A DNA stretch of 64,000 nucleotides from Squalus acanthias. Its lineage: Eukaryota. Each line of letters begins with the position of its first letter. The stretch's first letter is position 1. Both the position numbers and the translations under genes were made by a program. The notes beneath the pieces were generated by a model. The model was not told the DNA's origin and searched no databases. It saw only the letters and a program-made list of their open reading frames with translations. Where the stretch lies: assembly GCA_030390025.1 (NCBI GenBank), contig JASTWF010000379.1, positions 372,001 through 436,000 of the forward strand. The letters are read 5' to 3'. This document shows, piece by piece, positions 24,667 through 36,900 of the stretch.

Positions 24667-26330
24667 TCACCTCATTTGGGCTGTGAAATCATGCCATGAG
24701 ATACTAGTGTATGAAGACTTAACTGAGGAAGAGGAAAAAGCCAAGGATGGATCATTGGGAACTCCAGAGGTGACTAAGCAGAGATGAAAAGGAAAGCCAT
24801 TGCTGGTGATGTACTGGCTGCATTGGAATATATAGGAGTGGAACCATATAATGGCAATGTTCTGGAGCTGAACCACTAGGGAAAGATAGAGGAGGAAAAT
24901 GGCACAGTCAACCATGACAAGGGCCATGGAGAGTTAAGGAGATCAAGGAGGGATAATGCACCACAGCTGCAGTTACAAAGTATATCATTGCTGACTTTGA
25001 TAAAGGGGGGGGGGGCGGCCTCAGTGCTGTAAACAGGCCTGAATGAGACTGGAGGGATTCAAAAAGGGATTTGTGGGATAGATGGGCATGGAATTGGGAT
25101 GCAACGACATGGTCAGGAACCTAGAAGAGGAGAATTAAGTTAGTGATGGGGCACTAATTGGAGAGGACAGATGGGTCGAAGGTGGATTTTTGAGTGGGGA
25201 GGGGGTGATGCCAGCAGTTTTGAATAAGAGGAGCAATGCTAGTGTAAAGATGTGCAAACTTGGGGGCCAAGTGGAGAGGGAGCAGGAGACAGGTCTCATG
25301 GAATGCATGAGCTTGAAGAAGACAAGCTATGAAGATAGGTGCTGACTGACAGAGGGTAGTAGATGGGGCTGTAGGGTTATCAAGTGCATGGAAAGAGGAG
25401 AGACAGGCAACTGCATAGATGGTCTCAATCTTGGAAACAAAGTCTATGAGCTCCTACATTTGGTGTTGGAGATGAGGGTGGATGGAGTATGGTAAGCGGG
25501 CTTCATAAAACAGTTTGTTGTTTACAAAAAGCGTCATGGGCTGCCCTTAACATCCAGGATGGTCTTGGAATAATTGTAGCATTGGAATGTGGAAACAGAG
25601 GAGACACATTGCTTGTCATGGTCACACCAGATCTGGTAGCCAGTAATGTGCCAAATGCACTCATGTCTGCAACCCTTGGACTTCAAGGACTGAAGGGGAC
25701 TGTACCAGGACAGCAGCAGGATAGAAGATAGTGAGTGACAGTGGGGGATGAGGACATTGAAGGCAGAAGAAAGGAAATGTTCAGCAGAGCAACATCGTCA
25801 ATGGTATCATGACAAGTTGAGGACCAGCGTAAAAGGAGTTGGGAGTTTGAAATCGAGTTGATAGAGAGCTGGGTGGTGTTTTTTTTCCCCAGGGAAATGG
25901 GGTGAGGTTAGTGGGGTTGTAGGAAAGCAAGGAGATGTGGATGGTAAGAGAAAGAAGAAAGTGGTAGGAGATAGCCTAATCAGTGACTGAGACCTCAAAG
26001 ATGGCAAAGCCACGTGACATGGCAGGGTCAGTGGGGCAACCATGTTTGTGAGTGGGGGAGTTTATGTGAAGGGTGAGGTTAAGTGAGACAGGAGGGTAGA
26101 GTAGTGAAGGCAGAGTGACCAAGGGAATATAGTGGGAGGTTGAAATCATCAATGATGAAAAGTTGATCAGTGCAGAGGGTCTGGCAGGAGAAGAGGGAGA
26201 CCTAGGTGATGATGTTGCCATGGCAGGAGGGTTGTAAATGATGAGGACTATGAAAGAGTGGTAGGAGGGTTGGAAGAGAAAGAGGAATAGGGGGAGAGGC
26301 CAGGTGGAGCACTGAAGCACAGTTCTGCCC
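24667..26330 (-). mobile_element. Degenerate L2 LINE ORF2 (endonuclease and RT remnants)
   Basis: Minus-strand fragments SNGF..VTSGVP (RT GVPQG-like), IYNPP, and SLNLTLHINSPTHKHG..DPAMSRG (APE endonuclease PTH..GH.LD motif). Confidence 0.7.
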
Positions 26331-26822
26331 AAGTGTTGAGTAAAAAGGATTTTCCAGATATCTGTCCTAATTTGTCTTTCTACTAGTTTTAGCCTATGTC
26401 TCCCGAACATCTTGGCTTACCTTGAAGTAGTGCTCCAAATTTGCCATATCTATGCCATTTAATATCATATATACTTCTATAAATCCTCTTTCAAGAGAGC
26501 TTCAGTTTCTCCAGTCTTTCCTCGTAACTTTGATATCAATGATCAGCCTCTGAACTGTCTCCTTGGCTTAAGTGTTTCCCCATTCTATCATTAGCTATTC
26601 CTACATCATCCATAGTGTATAAATGACATCCATTGCTCTTTTGGATGTGCAGTACCTCACACTTGTTTCCATATTTTAGCTACCTCCCCTGGGAGCTATT
26701 CTGACTCAATCCCTCCCAACCGTCCCCCCACCCCCACCCCCCAACCCGCAGACCCAGTTTAGTATCATCTTCAAATTTGGCCAATTTCCATTGCATTAAT
26801 ACAGATATCTTCTTAGGAGACA

Positions 26823-27205
26823 TTTTGCTGCATCTTCATGAATTTAGAAAAGCAGGCAGGCCTTAGTCGCATCAGTTCCATCTGGCTGTAGCTTAACACG
26901 CCCTGTGTTGTATTGGAAAAAAAAACCAGCTGGTGCTCACTCTAACAGCACACACCTGAAAGGCCTGCACTGGTGTTGTTTCCAGATTAGAGTGCACACA
27001 CTGTCATGAGTTTAGGCACTAATTAACAAATTTTGTTCATTTGCGCATTGTAGCAGAATGAGTCCCCAGGACTAAAAAAATGACTTACTGCAGGCTATTG
27101 CTACTCTCTTTATGTAACTGGATGAACAACATCTCTGTATTCAAGCAAAACTCAACAATGTAAACAAACCAAGGAGTCAGCTCCGCACTTGATTCAGTCT
27201 AACAG
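26823..27205. repeat. Dispersed direct duplication, copy 2
   Basis: See 22183-22607. Confidence 0.9.
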
Positions 27206-27408
27206 ATATGCATTTGAATAATGGCTGGTAAATTTGCTTTGGGAATCAGCATATTATTTTAACTTTGAATGTACTGCTCGGCCTACATGTGACATCACTT
27301 GTTGCTCAATGTAAATCTTTCCCTTGAAGAAGTATCAAGCTCTAAAATGGACCACTCACATCAGATATCCGTTGGAAGCCGTTCCATAATATGATCCGCT
27401 TCCACTAT

Positions 27409-27868
27409 AAGAAAGACTTGCATTTATATAGCGCCTTTCACAACCACTGGATGTCTCAAAGTGCTTTGCAACCAATGAAGTACTTTTGAAGTGTAGTCAC
27501 TGTTGTAATGTGGAAAACGCAGCAGCCAATTGGCACAGTAATGCGATAATGACCAGATAATTTGTTTTTTTGATTGAGGGATAAATATTGACCAGGACAC
27601 TGGGGATAACTCCCCTGCTCTTCTTCGAAATAGTGCCACGGGATCTTTTACGTCCACCTGAGAGAGCAGACGGAGCCTCGGTTTAATGTCTCATCCAAAA
27701 GACGGCACCTCCGATACTGCAGCACTCCCTCAGCACTGCACTGGAGTGTCAGCCTAGAATTTTTGTGCTCAAGTCCCTGGAGTGGGACTTGAACCCACAA
27801 CCTTCTGACTCGAACCCACAACCTTCTGACTCAGAGGCGAGTGTGCTACCCACTGAGCCACAGCTGGC
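27409..27868 (-). mobile_element. Full-length SacSINE1-like SINE with a 21-bp internal tandem duplication
   Basis: Reverse complement of 16667-17140. GAACCCACAACCTTCTGACTC at 27791-27811 and 27812-27832. Confidence 0.9.
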
Positions 27869-30800
27869 AGATTTGGACAATGGCAGTAACACTAGACTGT
27901 CTGAGCACGTGGAGTTTCTAAAAAAATCACATTCACAACATTGTGATTCTACCTACAGATCTTCCCCAACATCAGGAGAAAGTCACACAAACCAGCAGTG
28001 TCAGAAGCATACTACTAGCTTGTACAGGGTGACTCAGTCTACTTATGCCCAGAACAAAATGGTAGCCCAATGGCAGGCAGCACCAGTGGCAGACATTTAC
28101 TGTTGTCACTGGAAGCATTTTACTCCAGAGGGAACAGTGTAATATATATGGAGGATCAAAGAGTGGGCAAGCACCTTTTCGCTGGATTCTGCCATTATGG
28201 CCTTTTACTCAGCGACTTCAAGCATGAGCATTGCTGCATAATTCATTCTACTGTTTACCCTCTCTCAGCTCCACTTGCAACATCCTTCTAGCCTGGCTGA
28301 GAGCATGAATTCACCACGTGAGGGTCCAAAGGAAAGAGCCCACATCCTATCACTCCGTAGCGCTGTACTTTTTAGTGTCTGGAGGTGCTGTACCACCAAG
28401 GCCATTAGTTAGAACCTAACAAACACTTTGAAAAGCTTAAACATTCAAGCTACTGTAAATTCGTTTAACGGGTTTCCCAAATAGCAGAAACATCAAAGAA
28501 TCAAACAAGCGTAAGCTGTAATTTAAATTGTAAAATTTAATCGATAAAAACAAAACAGAAAAAACAGTGTAAAATACATGGCCATTAAGCACTGGAACAG
28601 TCATGAAATGAAAACTAAAGCTTTGAACAAACATAATTGTTCTAAACCTGACCCAGACAAAATCCATGAAACACAATTATATTTGTTAACATTTGCAATC
28701 CTCTCTGGTAAAAGGTGACACATTAATTATTTTTTATGTTCTAAAAATGTTTTAAACATATTATTTTTATCTTGCTCTGTACCTTTTTGCAGAGCCTTCC
28801 TGTAAACCAGAACTTTATACTGAGTTATGGGACACTCACCTGTACTTACCCTGTAAAAATGGTTTTGGCAAAAATAAATACAAATACTTTGCCTAATACT
28901 TTAGACAGATGTGATCTGAGGCAATTTCACATCTATTGCTGTTTTTTTAAAGGCTGAAATCTCTTCTATGCTCTGGGCATTTGTAAATTTTCTTTAAAAA
29001 GCCAAAGGAAATGTATTAAGAGAAAAATAATACCTGATTTTCAGGGTGTTTGTGTGCCTACCACGGCAAAACGTAAATGTACACTGGGATTGGGCAACGG
29101 CCAAAAGTATGGCACTCAAACATGTAGGTCGATAATATAGTGTGAAAGTTATTTCCCAATAATCCAGTGGTAAAACAACACGAGATACCACACATCAGTG
29201 CCAGTCATGTGATGTGATATGCTTTCAGGTTCTATTGCCATTGTCACCATCAGGGGTTTTTTTTCTTTCTTCATGCACTCTCTACAGCACACAACCCTTT
29301 CACCACATAAAGGCTTAAAAATGCCAAAATTTGTGAATATAAAATTATAGGCTTCACATTATAAAGAATAACAAACAGCTGGCAGTGAGTTTTAGGCAGT
29401 AATTTAAGCTTGGCGTTCTGTTGACGTTTACAAGTCTGCTTGAGCTTCAGTCTTGCCATTAATGGCGTCATCAGAACCACTTTATTGAATTACTGCTTTT
29501 GTAACTCGCTGCCAGCCATCTGTTATCCTATATGTATGTGTTATGAAGTAACATTAGACATAGATAAAACCCTTGCTGTCATTCAAAAAAAAAGAATATC
29601 TAAAAGTAACTGGAAATGGCAGCTCCTCCACAAATAATAAAAAAAGATTTCACTGTTTGTATTTCCCTGCTGTGCCTGCATGCTGGCATTGATCAGGGAG
29701 CATCTGTAAGGGGACAAGGGGCTAAAAGAGCCAGCTATGTCCAAGTCCGATCAACTCAATTTTGCAAATGAAGCATTGAGCTCTAAATGAAGCATGTGGT
29801 TTATCAGAATCAAAGCTGTATTAGAAACTATTGGGAAAAACTAAGGGACTTCCATCTGCAAGCAAGAACTCCTACAAGTTTTATCCTTAAAAGTGCTACA
29901 GCTAAGTGTTAATACTGTTGAATCTTTTAACTTAATGCTTTATTTTTTAAGATAGGATTACGGTATTGTAATATCTTATTACTACAATGCTGTACAATAC
30001 ATAGTAGGTGTTATTTTGTTTTATATTGGGTGAGAGAGCCACACTGATTACACATATTACAGAGTTCACCAAAAACACAATTACATGAGAACTTGTGTGT
30101 CTATAACAGATTGGAGAAGTTCAAATCTCTACTGCAGTACTTCAACCATTATTTAAATGAAGCAATACCACAGAATAATTGAGTATTGCTGTCTCAAATA
30201 GGATAAGCAGTCAAAGTTACACTTAAACCCTGACAAGAGTAATTCAGTTACAATAACGGAAAAGCCTGCTCTTAAAGGACAGTGATCTGATGGAGGATGA
30301 CACCTTTATGCTGTCCTATGTGAAATGTCAATCTGGTTTATATGGGTATCCACCTCCTGTGTCTAAAACCTTGAATATCTCCAATAAAATCTTATTAACA
30401 AAAAAGAAAATGTCTAAACAATTTACTTTAAGATAAAAAATGATCCCTCTTCTCTAAAATTGCATCAAAGTTGATAGCATGGGACATCTATTAAAGCTGA
30501 ACTGAACAGCGAGGTAATCAGTGTTGAAGCCATATTAAAAATAATAAGTTAGGACATCTTTTGAAATTTGACCCAGTATGAAGACATTCTTTAATGGGTT
30601 CAGCTATATTGTTCTGACAGTTTGTATGATTTGTCTGCTTCTGTTTATATAGGGACAGAGAATGCACTGTGACATATAAAATAGACTAACAATAATCATT
30701 AACTTAGCATGTAGCATTTGAATAATATTGTCTGTACTTACTCCAAAAGGTTAACTTATACTCTGTTTAACAAATGCCTAGGTGACTGTTAAGCTGCAAA

Positions 30801-32865
30801 GGTCTTATTATCATGATCGCTGCAGATGAGGGCATGAACAAAACATACGACATAATCTAACATGCTTTCTTCTCTGGAACACAGTCCTTCCTTGCTGCTT
30901 ATTCCCTGGCTGCAGTTGTAATGCGACAGCGAGTGATTATTAAACAAGTTTATAAGTGAATTGGATTGAAGTTTACTGGAGTGCTGGGGTGTGTAATATG
31001 TGCACAGGGAGCAGGAGGCCACCCTGAACAGCTACAATTACATATCCTTTCTAAAAAGAGAAGTGCCTCCCTCAGAGACCCGAGTCACTAACACTGCTTC
31101 TTTTATGTCGCAAGTTAGAAGAAATGTTTCACTGTCAAACAGGGAACCTGAAACAAAATTTGCACCATTCTTTGCTAACTTTAATTTTGAAAAGATATAT
31201 TTTGCACAAATCAAAGTGGATTAATGTATAACATTTATGCATGCATTATTTTTCACAGCAAAGCAAGTGTTTGAATAACTTCCAACAGAAATGTTGCTTG
31301 TTTTCTTAATGAGAATAAAAGCCATCTGCTCCTGTTTGCCACTAATCAGTAATTATTGCAAACTGTACAGATTCCCAATATACCGTGCAACATTCACTTA
31401 GCACTGCAGGTACTGCACTGATCAAAATCAGAGACTTTCAACATTTTAAATCTATAAAACCTAACAAATATATTGATTTACAGCCACTACTAATTTCATA
31501 GGGTACATGAACATTTCTTACAGCAAGTAAGTATGAATTTTCAGCAAAATTAAATATTATTAAATCCAGAGAGGAACCAGTTTTTGTTCTTAACAGAAAG
31601 CATTATGAACAGCGCTACTAATAAGTGAACATTTCTGTTAAGTGAATAGAAACTGAACACCAAACCCATTTGTGCATCCACTACATGTGCAATTCATTCG
31701 AATTGGGTAGAAATGGAAAATCCAAAGACATACCTAGTGTTCCTTCCAGTTCACTGAATGCCTTTAGCTGTACATTCCTGTTAAGTAAATAGGGATTGAA
31801 ACTAAACCCAAAGATTTATTATGGAATAAACATTCCCATATTGCAATGTAAATTCCCTGGTGACTATTGTTAACATCTGTACGATATTTATGGCAAACAA
31901 CTTATGCACTGAACAGAAACCAACTGTATAATGATTTCCAACATTTTACTGTTAGACGGATTCAGTGGAAGACATTCAGATCCAAGGGTACACGGCTGTC
32001 TCAATATTTTTTACGCTTCTTTTGTTTCCAGTTTGATTATGCAACCACTGCTCTTCAATATCAAAAGCTTATATTCAGAACAACACTAAAATGTTCAGCT
32101 CACATTAAAGTGTAAACAATTACATGTAGTTCATTCCTTCTCTTGAATTAAAATGAATTCCGGCAAATATATTAAAATTGCAGACTCTGAAAACACTGCA
32201 AAGTGTTAAGACAATTCAGAGTGATTCATCATTTCATTCTAATTGTACTTTTATCTTTAATCGTCCGTTTACAAAAAATATTTTCCCTGTTCTTTTCAGG
32301 TCCTCTCTCCAGCACACAGCATTATCCAGCATGGAGGCTGCTCAGTCAATCTGATCCTAGAGCTAGGGTAATGTTGCTCTGCAGCCAACTGCTTGGAGTG
32401 TTTTGAGGAGGAGTCAGGGGAACTTGTCCCCATCTTCATTCCTCTTTCTATTACTAGGAAAGCATTGAACCTCAATGTTCAGATGGACCAGTTGAGACTG
32501 AGAGCCCACAGTGAGAAGAATCACAGTGTAAGCCTGCAATCTGCCATTCCATGGAGCACGGCCATATTTTCTTTCAAAAGATACTGAACTTTATTGGTTT
32601 ATTTTCCATTAATGTAGTTACTAATGAACTTTCCGCTCTCCAGTCTTCAGCTAAATACACAAAGCAATGTTAGTAATCCACAAAATTAAACAAGCACTTG
32701 TTTCCTGCATCTCTTGGTTTAATATAACTGCAGCCATACTTTTAAAATGGTGAAGACTGAACTTTACATATCATTTTTCTTTATTAAAATGAGTGGAATT
32801 CATTTTTTATGAAGATATTTTTTTTGTATCTCATGTTATTGGAATGCTGTCCACCCCCCGCCACC

Positions 32866-32896
<31 letters not shown>

Positions 32897-33469
32897 AATT
32901 ACTGATCACCAATGTCTCCCATTTTATGGATTAAGTTGATTTTTAATACAGTTGTATTAACATTATGTAATGTTTAAATGAACACCTTTTATTAAACCAA
33001 TGAAAAAATGGTTGCACAAGCGTTCCAAATCTTATAGATTCCTCCTCACTATATTTTATTATTTTCTTCTTTGCTCTTATAGAAACTACTCGTCTGAGCA
33101 TTGCTCATTAGTTTTGTCAGTCCTATGTGGCACTGTATCTTTGAGTAATCTTAACAATAATCCAATAAAATAAGTAATTAAGTAAGACAACTCATTGTAT
33201 AACTAAGAGTTTAAGGGAATTAGCACAAGGTACAGTTCTTTAATTAAATATTTGTGGATGGATTAATAGTTCACAAGGCCATAAATGTTTAACAAAGACA
33301 TATATCATGTGAGATCATGAATATCTCCTAAAAATTGTTGACGCAGCAATTAAGAGATGTCAACCAGTTGGAAAGTACCAGATAATATTTGCCATGACAA
33401 CACTTATTCGTGAATATGACATTGCAATAAAACACATATGATACTAACGCCAATATGTATTGAACATAT

Positions 33470-34225
33470 GGGGTAGAGTTTTCGCTTTGGTCACAATTGG
33501 CGATTCCGGCGCAAAGTGCGCCCAAAATTGCGCCCGTTTCGAAAGTGTTTTTCTGCCTGAGTTTCCACTCAAACTAATTTGCATATCGCCGAATGTAAAA
33601 TCGGCCATGAACCAGCACAATTGGGCAACGATTTAAAACGTAATTTAAAAAAAAATTTGCTTTAAAAAATATTTCTTGATATATCTGAGTGGTAACTTGG
33701 TGCAGTTTGACTAATACAGCTGAAAATGGGTTCATCACAAAAAATAAGCATTTTTAATCACAGTGTCGATCCACCACCTGTGAGTAAACCGATTTGAAAT
33801 GACTGAAAATGACTTTTAAGAACTATACAAAACTATTTTTTAGTTAGACTGGGTAACAGTAGTCAGTTCCTCAGTAAAAATTTTTAAAATTACATTCAAA
33901 ACCTTTTAAAATGTACCTATTAGTGTCCACGCGGCCAAAAGATCCAGCTTAATTTTTAAAGCCTCCTTGAAGGCCTGCAAATGAGCGTAATTAGCGGAAA
34001 CTCCCAAAGGTGATTAATTCATCCTTGGGGGGGGACGTGTCCAGTTTTGTGGGCGGGGCCTGCATCTAGCACAATGTTTTTAAAACGAGTGCATATGATC
34101 GGGGAAACTTGAGTTGCCATGAACGCAATTTGCGCTTAAAATTCGGCGATCTTTTGCGCTGGTTACGCCGATATCGGACGAATTGCGTCGAAAAAACCAG
34201 TGCAATCAAGCGGAAACTCCGGGCC
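33470..34225. mobile_element. Non-autonomous TIR element (Harbinger-like)
   Basis: ggggtagagttttcgct versus agcggaaactccgggcc (imperfect inverted repeat). CpG-rich ends with an AT-rich core. Confidence 0.6.
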
Positions 34226-35494
34226 ATAATGTAGCATTGATATCATAGTGTGAATCAAACTAGTCAAAATATGTTATAATAGATTTGTTCTGTTTGAAGA
34301 ACATAAGGCACTAACTAAAGGCAGGTATTTTTCCCTTGTTTATCACAAATCTATGTTTTTACCTGAAATGTTCACTTTACAGGAATTTGCATTTAGATAC
34401 TTGTTTCTGCATTCTGTACTAATATTTCTACTATACTTTTAATTGCATTTTTTTTTAAAGTAAAGGATGTGTATCACTTTAATTCGAACTAGCTTTGTTT
34501 AAGTGGGGAGTGCAGTAACCACCTGGGACGTTGCTTCAAAGGTGATTGTGTCAGTCGAGCTGTAAACATAACAAAAAATGTGTCATCTAGGTTTAGTAAA
34601 TATGAGCTTTCATTTAAAGTTGCCAGGAATCAATGCAATGATTGTAGATGTGGAACAAAAGGGTTTTTGTTCCTCAATCCCTTAACACAATATTGGATAG
34701 TCCCTTAAGTGGAGCTGACAGTACCGTGTGAGTAGAACAGATGAACATTGCTTTGGAAATTGTTATCCCAAGCAGTGAGAGAGTCTATTATTTATATATA
34801 AAGGGAATTTACCTCAAAAGATTTGATCCTTCTGGTTGTTACAGTGACTACTCTTTATCAGAATAATATTTTAGAGTTCACAGCAGCTTTTCCAGACCCC
34901 AGGTCTCTCTTCTACATTGATGGAGTGGCTGCAATAATGACAGTTGCTCAGTAAGCACTTTATCACCTGGAGAAGAGGCCGCTGGGATCAGCCAAGCTCG
35001 CCTGGGTCCTGTGGAATAGGTTCCTCTAATCAAAGTTACCATCATTCCTGTGGACCAGACACACTGTGACTGATGTGGGGACAAGTTGCTCACGGTGTGA
35101 CATTAATTTTATCTTACAGCTTAGATACTGCAGTTTGAGTCAAGTTTATTCAAACAATAAAAAAAAGAAACAGGAGGAGAAGTTAATTCCACACTGAAAG
35201 TTGCCATTGCACCTGAAAGTTGCAGCACATAAATATTTCGCTCAGTGCAGGTGGAACCAGACTCAGTAATGTGATTTGCCTAAGATTATTTTGAGCACCT
35301 CACGCAATAATTCTGCATGGGGGCTGAATTTGAGCAGATGGGTTTAATGCAGGTAAATAATTGACAAAAAACTGCTTGTACACAAAGCCCATACTCATAA
35401 TCAAAGTCAATTCAAGTAAATTCAGATTAATTATTAACCTCCTTCTGATTTTCTATTTATATTACTGACCTGGTGATGGGAGATTGGACACAAA

Positions 35495-36900
35495 AGTCAG
35501 GATTTTCCACTGCTGGCTGCCTGTTGTCGTGGCATAAATTAGGGAGCCAGTAACGAAAGATGGGCGGGAGTTCTACCCCACCAGAAACCTGCCAACTTTG
35601 CACCACTGCATGGTTTCTTTGGGTGGGGATTAGCAGTACAGGAAGCACCTGTCTCAAACTGGTGGAGCAGTTCATTGAAATGTTCATTTGGAGGTGGAGG
35701 TGGTGCTGCACAACATTTCCCAACATTCAAGTGTGAGGAAAATCACTTTGAAAAGATGCCCAGGTGAAATAAATGCCCAGTGTTGCTGCAGAGTTAGTAG
35801 GCAATTTAAAGGCCACAGATCAGTTGAAGCGGCAATATTTCAGCCATTTTTTTCGCCACTTTTGAGTTTTGTTTTTTGCTGCTGGACCTTCGTGGCAATT
35901 GTTCAATTTTACTTTGCCCCTCCAGTTCCCAATGGGAACACAACTATCAGACGTGTTTGGCAGAAGAAGAGAAGGACCTACAGAGGAATGCAAGGCAAGT
36001 CAGCTGCATGAGAGATGTTCCGTACCCACTCACTGGTAGACACACTCTTGTATCTACAGACAGAAGTGACCAGATCTCACTTTGGCAGATGGTTAGTGTA
36101 TAGAGACGCTCCTCTTCCCAAAGGAGGCTGAGACATTACTGTTAAGATATGTGAATGTATGACTAACTATAATGTTGGATACCTCCTCATACGCACTCCA
36201 ATCATGGTATGTCATGCTCTCAGTGGGAGTGCATAAAACAAGGCATGCTCGGGTGAATCAACAGGCAGCAATACCTGATTGGCCACATCCATCAAGATGC
36301 TACCAACATAATTGTAGGCACTGTTGTACCTATCTAGCAATGACGGGTATAAAACTCTCTTCACAGGGTCTGAGTCAACAGATTGCCAGATGCCATGCTG
36401 TGCCATCTGCTGCAAGGGAACCTGCAGTTAATATGCAGGATACAGCTGGCACAGGAATGGTCAGCTGTGGCATGAAAGTTGGCTCTACCTCCTTGCAGGC
36501 GTGCTGTAATGCTGACCAATTGGGATAGTCCACGGAATGGCACAGAGGACCACCCTTCTCACAAGTACCTTGTGCAGCATCACCTCCACTTCAGTAGCCT
36601 TGAAACAGAGGGTCTAGGGGTGGGCTATCCTGTCACTTACCTGTAAGCTTGTGCCTGCACCTTGGGTTTCATTTCCTTTCCTTTTTGCCTGTCACTTCTC
36701 AGTCCCCTCCCCCTTCAGTTTTGGCATATGGGTTAAGGTGCCTCCTGAGCTTTTCCAAAGACTGCCGGAATTTCTGTGCCCTTAATTTAATACTCCTCTT
36801 TAATTGTCCCCTTCCCTTTAAATTTCATTTAATGCAGTTTTACATTCCCACCAATAGCGTGCTCCCTGCATCTGTCCAAATTTGCAACTGAAGCCATGCA
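35495..36900. mobile_element. Possible highly decayed Harbinger-like element
   Basis: ggattttccactgc start and composition similar to 62085-62900. Only faint transposase-like text near 35960-36130. Confidence 0.25.

Noticed and set aside
22183-27205. Duplicated blocks as paired LTRs of a retrotransposon
   Set aside because: No clear TG...CA ends, PBS/PPT or gag/pol between them; the interior is SINE/CR1/L2 debris. Kept as a duplication finding instead.
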